From Octopus bimaculoides (taxonomy: Eukaryota): a stretch of 64,000 bases of DNA. A model generated the notes under the pieces. The model saw only the letters and a list, made by a program, of their open reading frames with translations. It made no database searches and was not told where the DNA came from. Shown here one piece after another: positions 1 to 14,078 of the stretch. Location of the stretch: NCBI RefSeq assembly GCF_001194135.2, contig NC_068981.1, positions 172,657,058-172,721,057 on the forward strand, read 5' to 3'. How positions within the stretch are numbered: the stretch's first letter is position 1; every line of letters begins with the position of its first letter. Made by a program: the position numbers and the translations under genes.

Positions 1-2069
1 CTCTATCTGGTTAATATAGCCTGTTTCAATAACAAGCACAACGTTATAATACAGTTTTGATTATTGTGCAACTGTATTTAATTCTGGCTCAAGGCAAAGT
101 TTGGTGAGCGAACTGGGATTGAAAGCATTTTGATATACTATAAACAATTGTGTAAAAGAAAACTTTTACTGTAAAATAAGGTAAAGTTTAAATTAGTTAG
201 GACATACGACCTGGTTAACTGAAGTTTTGTGATTTTAACCTAGTATGGTCTCATTAGTTTTAGTATAGTGAAATTTATATACCCTCTGGTCAGGTGAGGC
301 CTACAATAGAATATCTAAGACAGTGCTGCTGCTACACATACAGACATCTTGGAGTCATATTCCCCAAATAAGTCTAGCAGAGTGATTGGTATGAATTCAT
401 TTGCCAACACATTCCAATTCCTGGCATTCTCTGTCTTTAGTAATACTACTACGGTAGCCTCTGATCCTTGGAGCTGGCTAATTTCATTTCACTTCCACAC
501 AGACCCTCTTGACTTACTAGTTTCTGTTCCTCTTGTCATCCATATCCCTTCTCCATGCATTCTACTAATCACTATGTCTCCTTCCTCTCTTGAACGTCAG
601 CTTCTGAAATTCCCTCCATTGTCATGTTTTTCCTGCAGCCATCAGCTTAGAGCTGTTCAGAAGAAGTATTAACTGAATTAGTTTCACTTGTCTTGAAGAG
701 CCTGTGAACACCTTAAGCACAACCTTTTCCTGCAGACCAAATTATAAAAAAAGAAATGTAAATCTTTCTATCAAATAATCTATTGTGGCAATAAACACAA
801 GACTATAAAAATCACAGATCAATTAAATGGAAGTAACAGAATTGACATGAGAAGTCTGAAATTTTGATGTCAAAGACATTTTTTTGATGGGAAGTAGAAG
901 AAATGGATTAATTAGAGGAAGATGGGTTTCAGAGACTGACGGAGAGAAAGGTAGGAAGAAAGTCCCAACTTATTGGTCATTGCACTAGAAAGTAGTACCT
1001 CAAGATAAGCTGTCTTCAGACTGGGGATCTTGTTCAAAGGCTTACAGTAGACTGACCTCTACTCAAGGTACTTAAGGACCAGATGATAATGTTAAACCAT
1101 CCCCATCTAATGAATGTCACTCACAAGGTTTGGGTGACACAGCCTATGATATAAGACATTTGCACAGTCATGTTATAAATATGAGAAAGCAATGCAAGAA
1201 GTATCTGACTAAAAAAAAAAAACAAACACGTTTCTTCTCTCTGTAGCTGAAACAAATAATTTTATAGTTCCTAATGTGCTGAGTAATAAAGTGTAAGTGA
1301 AATGAGTATAGATGAGTGTTGTTGAAATCTATCAAGTCTGGGTAATAATGACAGTAAAGTTAAAATGATATTTGATGTGAAGTTTTGCTTTTGGGTCAAA
1401 TCAAAGTTTTGATATGGATGTCATCATCAAGTAGTGGCAAGATTAAATAAAGATTGAATATCCTTAGAAGCATCTTGACATAGATGACTTGGTTATTTTT
1501 GAAAATACTAAGTGATGTTACCTTACAAGATTAACATCAGCACTAGACAAAGTGTGAAGCTTTTAAAAATTAAATTTGAGTGTTTGGTATCTTTGAAACA
1601 TACTTTTCTTCTTAATCTCTCAGTTTATTTTCTGGTCTTATACTCTTTCTAGATTACATCCCAGAAGTACAAAGTTTGATCTAGTGGCACAGTACAATAT
1701 TCAAAATAGAGTTCGAGTCATTTACTTATAAGTAATCTAGCATCCTAACATTTTAGTCATGGTACTTTTTTACCATTTAACTATTTAATGGTAAGAGCGA
1801 GTTACATCATTTTGTTTTTTTTTTCATGCAACTTACATTCACATATTAATTGTTGAAGCACTTTTTCCACTAGCTGTTCTAATTACATCTTAGCTTTCAG
1901 CCCTGAAGTAGTTTTAAATAGGTACATACAGATACAAGTAATAAAAATTGAATCGCAAAATTATTTAAGTTTCTTTCTCCTTTTCCTCCTCCTCATCATC
2001 ATTATCATTGTCGTCGTCATCGTCATCACCATCATCATAATTTTGTCAGAGGAAGGCAGGGCTGTGCTT

Positions 2070-2520
2070 ATGATCTGTTTTGATCTTTCAGCTGGTGAAA
2101 TTGATGTGGTTGATATTCAGTTTAAACTTCTTCAAGTTGGTATCTGCTGAGAAACTTGGACAAGAAGGGGATTCCAGAGTGCTGTCTGTAGTCTTGAGAA
2201 GAAATGATTGTACAGTTTGTTTGTTGCAAAATCTGAGGGATGAGACATTTGAAAATGATGAGAAGAAAGTTGGATACATTGGATAGATTTGCATGAAGTA
2301 AGAGTATGTAACTAGCTAGTTCAAAGGCAGTTGTAATAATGGTAAAAGCTAGAAAGGAAAAAAAAGAAGTCTGAGTTTGTGAGCTAGCAGTTGTCAACCA
2401 GCTGGCTAATTGGCCTTCTTTTGGACATAATCTGAGATGCTTGTGTGCATCAACAATTTCTAAGATATGTGAGAAATGTTCTAATGTGAGTTACACTTGA
2501 GCTTTGTATATTATTGACAG
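2070..2520 (-). mobile_element. Degraded CR1/L2-type LINE ORF2 C-terminal fragment
   Basis: Minus strand YKAQV*LTLEHFSHI resembles the CR1 YKAQVRPxLEYCSHIW motif and ends NLKKFKLNINHIN. Same family as 21690-22160. Confidence 0.6.
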
Positions 2521-2701
2521 CTAATCAGAGTTAAAGTATCTTCTAACCCAGTGATTCTCAAATTGGGGTCTGCAGTCCCATAGGGGACCATGAAGTGAAT
2601 TTAGTGGGACAGTGAAGAGATTCTGAAATATCGTGAAAATGGGTGGCCTGAGACAGTTAAGTTTTAAAATTTCAAGACTTTCAATTTTTTGCATACTGTT
2701 A

Positions 2702-2703
<2 letters not shown>

Positions 2704-2745
<42 letters not shown>
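2704..2745. repeat. 42-nt poly-T tract
   Basis: Seen directly. Confidence 0.95.
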
Positions 2746-2746
<1 letters not shown>

Positions 2747-3448
2747 TCATTGGCCTCAAAAACCCATGCCACTCCTACACACTCATTTGCTAATCACACT
2801 TGTACAAGTGTGATTGGCCGATAGAATATATGCAGGTATAACAGTTGATTGTGCATGTGCTGCTATCAGTATTCTACGCTCACATGATTCACAACTCCTC
2901 TATTGCAATCCACACATTTGCATGTCTCTCACTGTTGTTATCTTCATTGATGCATGTTCCCGCATGACCTTGCCTTTTGCCAGTCACCCATTCTCATCCC
3001 ACATGGTGGCTGGGCTTTATAAGGCATGGTTGTTTTCATGGCAACGTGTTCCGACAGAACTGTCTTCTCAATAGTTATCAATTCACAGAGGTTTATCTAC
3101 AGACCAAACTACACTCATGTGCACTTTAGGTTTCTTCCACAATTAATAGTGAGAGGTAAGCTTTACTGTTAATTAGTGCACCCAAAAGCTAGCTACACTA
3201 AGGCATATATGTACACTCGTATATGATAAATGTGAAATAAATATACAATGTAGTTATATTAAATTGGTTTACTGAATTTTATATTTTTTTACAATACCTC
3301 CAAAAAAGAAAATGAGATATGATGAATCGTATTTGAAATTCAGTTTTACTGTGATAAAGTCTGGCGGAGAAAAAAACCACAGTGTGTTTTGTGCTCCAAA
3401 GCCCAGCAATTTAAAGAGGAACTTCAAAACAAAGCGTCCAAGTTCAAT

Positions 3449-3550
3449 AGGTGTCAGAAAAGTTACCATGAGGATAGCTGGCTTGTGGTGGCCAAGCGTT
3501 CGCAGTGACGTTGCTTTTTGATCCTTCGATGTCAGCTCTTCCTATCATTG
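3449..3550 (+). pseudogene. 28S (LSU) rRNA fragment, domain V peptidyl-transferase region, decayed
   Basis: AGGTGTCAGAAAAGTTACC...GGCTTGTGG...GCTTTTTGATCCTTCGATGTC.GCTCTTCCTATCATTG differs from the recalled metazoan 28S consensus at about 10 of 102 positions, all transitions. The flanks are not rDNA. Confidence 0.9.
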
Positions 3551-3807
3551 CAACTTTATACACGACGCCAATAAATTGATGAAATCCAGACTTGATGACA
3601 CAGGAATGTTTTTGCCAGACATCACAGCTGATTTGAAAGTATCCTACATAGTTTAAGCAATGTTATAAATTTGAGGTCCCAATAAGAGATCTGGCATAAA
3701 ATATTTCTGGTGCATCTTATCCCATAACTAGCCCCATTTTCTGACAAAATGATGATGTTGAAATCCAAATAGCTTTGCAGTTCAATTTTACCTGCATCTG
3801 CCACATA

Positions 3808-4010
3808 AAAAGCACTGGTGATGGTGCCACATTAAAAGCACCCAGTACACTCTGTAAAGTGGTTGGCATTAGGAAGGGTATCCAGCTGAAACCATGCCAA
3901 AGCAGAAAATGGAACCTGGTGCAGCTCCCAGCCTTGTCAGCTTCTGTCAAACCATCCAACCCATGCCAGTATGGAAAATGAACATTAAATGATGATGAGG
4001 AGGATGTTGA
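3808..4010 (+). mobile_element. RTE 3'-UTR-only copy
   Basis: gcacccagtacactctgtaaagtggttggc...acccatgccagtatggaaa...aaatgatgatg matches the 3' tail of the 39259 RTE. Similar copies at about 5041-5214(-), 15700-15800(+), 38095-38310(+), 46335-46570(+), 53625-53750(-), 57020-57182(+), 62520-62725(+). Confidence 0.8.
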
Positions 4011-6581
4011 TGATGATATTTATTTTAGCTGTCATTTTCTGTGTAAAAAAAATACCTTCTTGAAGTAACCTCATATGAACTTGTAAAGTAGTTTATTTTG
4101 TAGTTCCTGACCTTACTGAAGTGACAGTAGAATCTCCCTTAAGATAACATTAATACTATCATGAAAAACAAATCTTAAAAAGAGACCTTAAATTCCTCCT
4201 AGGACAATATCCCCTGTAAAAAAAAAAAAGGTTGACTGGTTACTGCTTGATTACTTTTCATGCAGAGTTGATGTTAGTCAACAAGAAAAACACAGCTCCA
4301 AAATGTATTTTTAACTTTTATTTTCTTGAATTAATCTGTTTTGGTTAGATTAAGTTTTAAAATTTCAGTAATCTTCTAATTGAAAGCTTTCATTTATACT
4401 TAAATCTCCACTCATCACATCACTCCAGGTGTTAACAGCATGGTTTAATTGGCAATGTTGTACCCCCTTCAGTATAACATCTGTTTTTCCATACCAAACT
4501 TAAGGTTAGAATCTGGCATGGAATTTGTAATATACTCTGGTCAAATTAGATGCTAATTCCTATACTGCTTATTTCTTTCTTCTTCTGTACCTTAACTTCT
4601 ATTTTCCCTGCTTTGGCACATTTGGTACCATTAACATGTTACAGTGCTAACACTAAACCAATCTAAATAGTGGACAACAACTCTCTTAACAAGCTATATA
4701 AAGCAGCTTGTGATAATTGAAACCAATGTTAAGATATTGACATAGCATCTATTCTTGATTTTGTTTACATTTTGTTTTCTATTTGTTTGGGTTTTTTTTC
4801 ACTTCCTGTTAATTAATGTCCATAAGTCTCACTTTTAAGTAGTTAGAAAATTGTAATTATTTTTTTCCTCTTTCAAAGTCAATTTCTTCTTAATTTATGA
4901 AATTAAAAATTTTACTGTTTATTCTGAAAGTATTCCTTAATTCCAGACTGTTTATTCTAAAAAGATACCTCATTGAAGGATCGTTTTATATCATATGTAA
5001 ATATTCTTAGTTTCCAGTTTCAACAAGCAAATGTAAGGAGTCATCATCATCATCATCATTTAACATCTGTTTTCTCTGCTGGCATGGGTTAGGCAGTTTG
5101 ACTGGAGCTGGTAAGCTGGAGAACTGCACCAGGATCCAGTTGTCTGTTTTGGTTTGATTTCTACAGTTGGATGCCCTTCCTTACACTAACCACTTTACAG
5201 AGTGTGCTGGGTGTTAATTTTAAAATCTCATAATTAAGAATATTGAGGATAATAATTAGTTGGTATCTACTTTTTTCATATTATGTCCATTGATTTTTGC
5301 AATGTGGGTTCATTGAGAAACATTGATAAAGTTAACTGAAACAGTAGTTGGCTTTGATATGTCTGCCTACAATATAAAAAAAATTGTTGATGAACTTCAA
5401 TAAACCTCTGTAAAAGCATTTTCTTAGTAATATTTCTTTATGTATACAAGTAGACATCCCAATTTTATCTCTTACTAGGGTCACATCTGTGGAGTGATTG
5501 ATTCCGAATTTATAGTCCCTGCTATGTGAATTTATGTTTGTAAAATAAATTGTTTCGTTTTTTGCCTTTGATATGGATGGGCTTTGATATGGATATGTTT
5601 GTTTTCTCCTATTTATTTGGATAAAATGAATGCATATCCCACAATAAGTAAAATGTTCATATGTATAATTTGCCTGTGCATGTATGTATGAATATAAGTG
5701 AATGTATGCACATCATCATATTAATGCCTATTTGTTTCAGTTGGCATTTTGGCAATGTGTTGGGCAGGTCTTTTGTACAACACATCATCACTGTCCTCTA
5801 TGTGGACCAAGAGCCTAAGACCTAACCACTTTTTCCTCATCTTGGTCTTTCACTACCAATCTCTTACTTGTGATAAATTAGAACCATATCAGGAGATTTA
5901 GCTAGCATCTACTCAATTTCATGAAACCAAAGCAATGAAACTTATAATTTACTCATCTTTGGAACTTTGAAAAACATTTCCTTTACTTTTGGTTGTAACC
6001 ATGCTGATTATGCTAAAAAATTATTGATATATTTACTATCTCTGCATTGTTTTTAGTTCAAGCATTTCAGAGATTTTATTGATTTCTCTTAGCAAGCTAG
6101 AATGAAATTTTATTTTGTAAGGTTTATTATATTATGCAAAAGAAAATGATGTGGGTTGAGTTGAAACATTTAGTACTTGTTAAATATTCTTGAAATTGCT
6201 CAGACTGCTTCTTGTTGATAAAGTAGCTGCTTACAAATAACTCCTCTATATTTCCTGTTTTCTGGTCAGTATATATATGTCTGTGTGTGACCATTATTGA
6301 AATATTCTCCGCTAGTATGTGTATTTAACAGGATGTTATACATCTTTCCGGTAATTTGAATGTCTTTCCCACATCATAATTAAGTATGTATTCACCTTCT
6401 TTAGCAAAATAATAATAATAATAATAATTTAAGGAGAACAAAGTAATAAGTATATCTTGTTTGTTTTTAAACTCAAGATCCTGTCTCCTCTGGTTTCAGC
6501 TAAAGGTGACTTGTATAAATATTGTCTAAATTTTTTTCATTTTGGGAGTGGCACATAAATTCCTTGAAAATTAAATATTGT

Positions 6582-6608
6582 TCTCTCTCTCTCTCTCTCT
6601 CTCTCCCC

Positions 6609-6648
<40 letters not shown>

Positions 6649-6695
6649 NNNNNNNNNNNNNNNNNNNNNNNNNNNNNNNNNNNNNNNNNNNNNNN

Positions 6696-6746
<51 letters not shown>
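6582..6746. repeat. (CT)n microsatellite with internal N gap
   Basis: Seen directly; further (CT)n at 24738-24785, 44050-44105 and 58102-58133. Confidence 0.95.
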
Positions 6747-6750
<4 letters not shown>

Positions 6751-8132
6751 ACTCACTCATATCTTGTGAAACAGCTAACCATTCTGGCCTGCAGAAGGTT
6801 CCAATAATTTGTTGTTGAAATTGCAAGCTGGTGCCTGAACTGTCCAGACTTACAGTTAAGCAGTATACTAGATTAACTGTACTCCCCATTTGTTGTTTTT
6901 CTCTGCTTTTCTTACTTTCTGTGTGTATGATCGTCTTTCTTCCTGTTAAGGTTTACTGATCTTTGTTTTTAGGAGAAAAGGTGTTTGACAAAAGAGCTTA
7001 GTGGGCATTAGGAATTGAGAAGTAGAAATGTACTAAGGCTATATATGTAGCCATTTGTTATGCTACAACAATTGACACTTCTTGTGTTTATCAGGAAAGA
7101 ATCAGAAATAGAATTTTATGTTTTAGTTTATCTTGACAAGTAACATAATGTGCAATCGTGCATTGAAACTATAGCAGTTACTGCCAGTGACTAAATCCTT
7201 GATCTATGATATTTATTTGTAACCATAGTATACTAGCAAATGCACCTGTCCTTTGGATGGTGTAATTTATTATAATGGTGCACTCCTGTGAACAGTTTAA
7301 GTTGAATTAGCCTGCAGTTAGAAGTTGTTTCAAGCTGATAGACATAAAATGTATAATTACCATTTTCACCAGCAGTTTATGATATGGTATTAAGCAACTT
7401 AGGTAATGAATAAAATTTTTTGAACACAAATTTGGCAGTTAATAATAAATGAAAGGCCATGAAATGAGATTGCAGTCAGCATTAGGGATCCTATATCTTA
7501 CCTGAAGCATTTTGTTTCATGTAGTTATTTTTCTCGTAATGCCTGATACAACTGCATTGAAGCTTTTTTTCAATGAAAGTCATGTATGATAAAGATTATC
7601 TCGGTGACCATGGGAGCTATGAAAAAATACAAAGGCCAGCATCACCACCGAATCATTCTACACATCTGTGTAATTTTTCGTGCAATTCCACCCAGCAGTT
7701 TGACCTTGAATCCCAAGACAAGAAAGAATCGCCCATGTCAAATTTATATGTATAGATAATAATATAAATAATATATATGTATATCTGCATGTATACATAC
7801 ATATATGTACATACTTACATATATATGTATATACGCATGCATATATGGGTACAGGACATCATAGAACATAAACAACATGAAATACGTAAACATGGAATAC
7901 ACACTTCTTTTTGCAGACAACGAAAGAAACCAAAGGAAAACAAGACAAGCAACATAAAGAACGACCCTTCATCAGTTGTCTGTTGTTTTATCTACTCCAC
8001 ACACACACATCTTCTGTCTTATATATTATAGATAGATAACACTGTCACAAAAGAAAATGAAGCTGAACCTAAAGTTATATATGTGGTTTAAATGGTTGTC
8101 ATTGGTTAACTTTGATGTCTTTGTCTTTTTCA

Positions 8133-8539
8133 TCTTTTACTTGTTTCAATCAATAGACTGCAGCCATACTGGGGTACTGCTTTGTATGGTTTAGTCAGAC
8201 AAATCAGTCCAGTACTTTTTTTTTATATATATATATATATTTTAAAGCCTGATACTTATTCTAATAGTCTCTTTTTGCCAAACCACTAAGTTACAGGGAC
8301 AAAAACAAACCAACACCAGTTGTCAAATGGTGGTATAGGACAAATGCAGATACAAAGACACAAACTCATAGACTTATGTACATATATATACAATGAGTCG
8401 ATGATGTGCTTCCACCACTCACAAGGCTTTGGTTGGCCAGAGGTTATAGTAGAAGATGCTTGCCCAAGGTATCATACAGTGGGACTGAATCTGGAACCAT
8501 GTGGTTGGGAAGCAATCTTCATACCACACAGCCACACCT
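8133..8539 (-). mobile_element. SINE family 1, older copy
   Basis: Co-linear, more diverged match to 30236-30653. Confidence 0.8.
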
Positions 8540-9254
8540 TGTTTTCATAAAAATCTTCTAAACAAAAATACTATCAGTCATTATGAAAATGGTTTTCTCT
8601 TTAGTATATCTTCAGTATTGGTGTGTACATCACTCACAATGGAAAATGCTTTACTGATTTGGTAAGAATAAACAAGTGGAAACTACATATTAATTTGCAT
8701 GCATGTATGTGTGCACACATACTCACACATTTATATTGATCTTACCAGTTACTAACCTATTGCTTTCACTTTCAATATCTCAGTGATGATGGAAATGGTC
8801 ATAAATGACTACCTTTTATCGTCTTGAGTTTCTTTTCATCTACAGTGGATACCAGTATGTGTTTCATGAAGCCAAATCTGCCTTTATACATCACATATAG
8901 GAGTGTCTCACTTTTGAGCACTCAACTGCCCACAATGTTGTTAATTTAAACATCAGAGAAGTCTTTGTCATCAGCGCAAGAATCTAAGGACTCACCCTTC
9001 TTAAATGAAAAGTTTTGAGTTAGTTTCATTTTAGAATCTCCCTTCTCCTCTTTGTCTAACTCTAATGCACTTAAGTTTTCAGTTAATTCTCCTCAATGTT
9101 CTTGTTGAAACATCTAATCCCACCACTTCACAGATGACACCCTTCATCCCTTAGTAACCATTTCCCTCAAGGGTGTGATCCACATGCCACCAAACATTCA
9201 TGTCTCATATGCTGTGGATCCTTTAATGGTGAATCAACCTGAAAACCTCTATGT

Positions 9255-9440
9255 AGTTGTGTGACTTGCTAAAAGTAGCAGCCAAATCATATCAAATTTT
9301 TGTACTATCTGGAAAAATAAAAATAGACACATTAAATAATATAGTTCAATACCTGACAGAATAGATAAGCTGCTCACTGATGGAATGCTTGTTTGTGATC
9401 ATAGGTCTGCTTGGTAAAGGTTGACCTTGGGCTAAATAAC
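9255..9440 (+). repeat. Third interspersed repeat family (tgacttgctaaaa.tagca.cc.aa...ggataat...gggctaaa), unclassified
   Basis: Related segments recur at about 12800-13000, 13200-13320(-), 33975-34135, 35690-35795(-), 55860-56015(-), 58425-58520 and 63355-63505. Confidence 0.55.
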
Positions 9441-11122
9441 ATGTAGTGGTGGCATAATAACCTGCTCACAGCACATATTAGGGAAACATTTTCCCAAACT
9501 CATGATACTTTTCCAATACAAATGTTAAGTCTCAAATACCTTCAACATCCCTAATGTTTCCCCACCACCCACCAAAAAAAAAAAAAAANNNNNNNNNNAA
9601 AAAAAAAAAAAAAGAACCTGGCTCTTTCTAAACACCTTGTTCCAATCCTCTACCTCAGAATGGCAACACTCTGGAACTTCCTCTCACCCGTATTTTCATT
9701 ACAGGTATCAACTTACAGAAGTTGGAGTTTATTATCAACCACATCAATCTCGAAACGTCAGTAAATTGTATGGGTACTGCTCCTCTTCTGTGGACTAAAA
9801 AGTATAAATTTGTGTGTAAATATATACTGTTTTGAGTCAATTTTTTTGTTATTGCTTGAATGGAGTTTTACATTTCTATATTAGTGTTTAAGCAAGTAAA
9901 ATTAAAAAAAAAAAAATGTACATTAGCTATAGAATCAAGTCTCTATTATCATTCAACCATAGTTTGCTGGTCTTAAGAGGAATCTGAGGAAAGGGAAGCA
10001 GTTTCCTTTCTTTTTATACTTAGGTTTAGAAGTGTAAATAAGAGATATTGGCACTGCTTATCTAGCTGGAAAAATGTTTTTACATGCTGAGTTTGACAGG
10101 TCTAGAAAATGGCTTCTTTCTATCTTGTTATTTCTTTATCTATCTGCCCTAAGTTCCAATAAATGCTATCTGTGTCACATTTAATTGGGTAAACTTATTT
10201 TTATGATTTTTTATTGAATTCTCTAAGACGGATTTCTAAACCAAAACATTTAAGAAAGATAAATTTAAATCACATATTTTTCTGTATGCTTAATACGAAT
10301 TCCCTTTTGTATTCCTTACCCACCTTTCATGGATAGATATTACCTCTATTGATAGTTCATGTTCATATTTTTTTTTAATTGGTCAGAATAAAAAATTTAT
10401 ATATTATCAGTTAATACAATTGAATAAGACTATTTAGATGTTCATAGAAGTTATCATTTGTACATTTTACTTTCTTCTGTTTTTCTTTTACACTTTTATT
10501 TTCTCATTATTAACCTGTGATAAGAATTGATAAAATCAAACCACCACATAGGCAATCAGCAGCAAGATTTTAGTGCTATTAAGTTATAACCAGAAGAGAT
10601 TAAATAGCAGTAGTTAATGGCAACAGAATTGTGATGGTGAACAGAGTACAAAATTCTATCAACTAATATACTAGTTCCTAGAAACTCAACTACTAGTTGT
10701 AAACTTTTAGGTGGGGCGCACATGCTTGCACATAGATTCATAGGAATAGACTTTACAGCATGTTGCTATTTAGCTATTGCCTCTCCTCTAATGCTCTCTT
10801 CCCCTCCCTCCTTTCTTTCTCTCTCTCTCTCTCTCTCTCTTCTAAACACAAGTGCTCCTCTGGTGAATAAGTGTATGAATGTATCATACCTCTTCTCCAT
10901 CTAGCTCACTGTCTGTTTCTTCAAGTTCCAGAAGTAAAGAAGAAAAGAAAGAAAAAAAAGTTCATACAGCTTTTTTCAGGCAACTATCCTTTCAACTAGT
11001 AGCAGTAGTCCAAAACACATGACTAATTGGTATTGCTAATAACAGCAGCTGAAGACAGCTTTTTTTTTCTCTCTCTCTCTCTCCTTTCTGTGTTATACGA
11101 AATTCAAAGAAACTTTTCGGAT

Positions 11123-11167
11123 ATGGTTTACAAAAGTAATAAGAATACACTGGATAAAAAATTGAAG
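11123..11167 (+). CDS. Candidate first coding exon of a RAPGEF1 isoform (MVYKSNKNTLDKKLK)
   Basis: ATG at 11123, open frame to a good donor AAG|gtatgt at 11168 in phase 0, compatible with exon A. Preceded by CT-rich, repeat-poor 5'UTR-like sequence. No homology support. Confidence 0.35.
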
Positions 11168-13914
11168 GTATGTTTTGTGTGTATATCTAATTTTATGTGG
11201 TTAAAAAATTTAGTTTAGTTGTGTTTATTTGTAGTGGATGAGAAATATTTCCAGAGATAATTTATTATATAAATTGTATACGCAATTAATTATTATTGTT
11301 ATCACAGCTAAACTCTGGATGTGTTTATCTATGAAGGCTAAAATGTGATGTGTTGTAGTGTTTGGAAGATGTAAATATTTTGATAGTTATTTCACATGTT
11401 GTATTCTTATTAGTAGCTGCTCCAAACTAAATGCATCCAGAGTTCAGATTTTTGTAATATTGATTTTTGTCTTTTATCCATTTGAGGATTATGGCAAGAG
11501 AATGAAATGAAGTACAATTGATATACCGTAAGATCACTTCAATCAACCAGACCTAATACCTACAAATTTTTTGTTTCTGAGATAATTCATTATTATTGGT
11601 ATTCTCATTCCATCTGACTTGTTATGGAATATATATTGTTTATAGCAAGAACTACTAATATTTCTAAATAGTTTGCTTTATATTGATACAAATGAACTGC
11701 TGTCAAAGGGTCTTCTAGATTTTACAATTAAAATTTACTACAGAAGTGTATTAAACTTTTTCGCAATTTCTCATATTTAACTTTAAGAATGAAGCTTATG
11801 GAATTTTTTAATTAGTTAAGTAGCAGCAAAAATAAAACGGCTATTATTTGTTTTATAACCCACTCACAACTTCCTTGGTGTCATGTATTATTCTTTTGAT
11901 AGTAATTATTTGTTTTAGTTACATACATCTAGAATATACTGCTGATTATTGTAATTCAGTTTTTATTTTGCTTGTTTTTGTGCGCTGCTAAATATTTTAT
12001 TTCAACATTGAGATTGTTGTCTTATCAGTGGTTGCCGGAATTCTTGTTTACAGCTTACATACATTAACAAATAGCTAGCATATTTTTTTGTAATCAAAAT
12101 TGTATTTTCTTAAAGTCATATTGAGTACATACTTTTGTCTGTTCTTCCTGTTTCAAAAGCATTTTTCTGTAAACATGTATTCGTATAAAAACTGTGGATG
12201 TTAAATTTTTTTAATATTTAAAATAATTTTATCCAATTTTATTTTAAGGAAGGCTAAGGGGATTATTAAAATCTGGGTATTGATATATAAAATTTCTAAT
12301 CTTGACAAAAATATATTGTTTTGATAAAATTTAAATTGGGATCAGGTCCTCTATTATGATTGAATCATTTCTGAACTTACAATCTAACAACCTGTTACTG
12401 GTTTATACAAACATTAATTGGAAAAAAATTACACATGATAAGTTAACCATGTTTATAATTCTATCTTTCTTGCTTATATAAGTTTATTTTTATACCGCAA
12501 ATGTTATTTTCAAAACCTCTCCTGTCCCTGTTTTTATTTTAGATATTTGTGTGGGGATTTTACACTAAAAACTCTAATTTTATGTCCCAGTTTTCACTTA
12601 GTTTTTGATATCTTATTGTGTATTTCCTAGATATGAAAAATAATCATGTTTAACTCTTCCGCTAAAGTTTATTTTTTCTTTTTGTTATGATAGTATTGAA
12701 TTTGTCTATTTCTTAACTATCCCATAGCATTGAAGTATTATTACACCTCTCACTACACTTATTAGTTCAATCCCTCCCTATGTTATTGCTTCTCTTTCAA
12801 TCAGTCAGGGTGCCTCTACATAATTACTTGACCTGTTACAAATAGTAGTCAAACCTCTTTCAAAACACTTCCTAAACAAAGGACACATTGTGTAAGGTAG
12901 TCCTAGACAAACTGTTTGAGAAAGGACAGGATGACCATGACTGGAATATCTTTTCTTTTAGATCTCCTGATTCAGGTTTGACCCTGGGTTAAACAACAAT
13001 TAGGTTTGATGTTACAATTAAAAAAATAAAAATACATTTCAGCATTTACAGTTTTGTCTAAATCTATGATATACATTGTGATCTCCATTATCTTTATACT
13101 TTGAACTGGTAGCTTATATTAAGATAGGTAATTGCTTTAGTATATTCAAAAGTATGGCTGGATAAAGAAGAATGGTGAATAATAAAGAGACCTTTGCTCA
13201 AAAATGTATTTCCTACTGTTTAGTGTCACAGAAATATAACTGTTGTGCTTGTGTAGCTCCAGATCAACCTTCAGTGACCAGGTTGATAATCAAAGGTGTT
13301 CTAGCCATAATCACCCTATCTTTTATATTTATAGCTTAAACTACATTATTTAATGTGCCCGCTTTTTATGATGATGTGTGTTTTGAGGGTAACTCTGCTG
13401 CTACTTTTAGCAGTTTGATCAACTACCTTGTTGGCTTACTACTAAGGCATTCAAGCTATAACTATAATTCATCTCAAACTAAAATCTGCTATGTCCTTTT
13501 CATTCTTATGACAGTAGGATGTGATTTGAGAGACTCAACTGTTATTTCTTTTGGACAAATAGACTTCTTTTGTAAAGACTTCTTTGTTAGTTCATTGTAA
13601 TGATATAATATGCTTTAGTGGGCAAAATATATAGACTGGAAAAGGTGTAACACTATGAATACTTTTGTTGCTCTTAAAATGTTTTATTAGTGCTTGAGTG
13701 GCAGAAGTAGTAAAATAGAGAAAATCTCCTGCACTATTTATTTACATTATAAGTTCAAATTTCACCAATGTTGACTTTGCCTCTGTTCTTTGTGTGTGTG
13801 TGTGGGGGGGGGTCATTAAAATAAGTACCAGTCAAGTATCAGGGGTGATACAGTTGACAGAACTTCTCACACGAAACATTTGTGAACTTATATCAATGTA
13901 AGAAATAACTTTTT

Positions 13915-14010
13915 GTGGCTGTGTGGTAAGTAGCTTGCTTACCAACCACATGGTCCTAGGTTCAGTCCCACTGCATGGCACCTTNNNNNNNNNNNNNNNN
14001 NNNNNNNNNN

Positions 14011-14078
<68 letters not shown>

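Noticed and set aside
7573-7755. 60-aa ORF MKVMYDKDYLGDHGSYEKIQRPASPP...
   Set aside because: No convincing splice sites and no similarity to C3G. It adjoins repeat-like sequence and may be a retroelement remnant; cannot be supported as an exon.
13915-13980. tRNA-like A/B-box sequences in SINE heads
   Set aside because: They do not form a full cloverleaf and are continuous with SINE bodies; not tRNA genes. No CRISPR or other prokaryotic-type systems were seen in the window.
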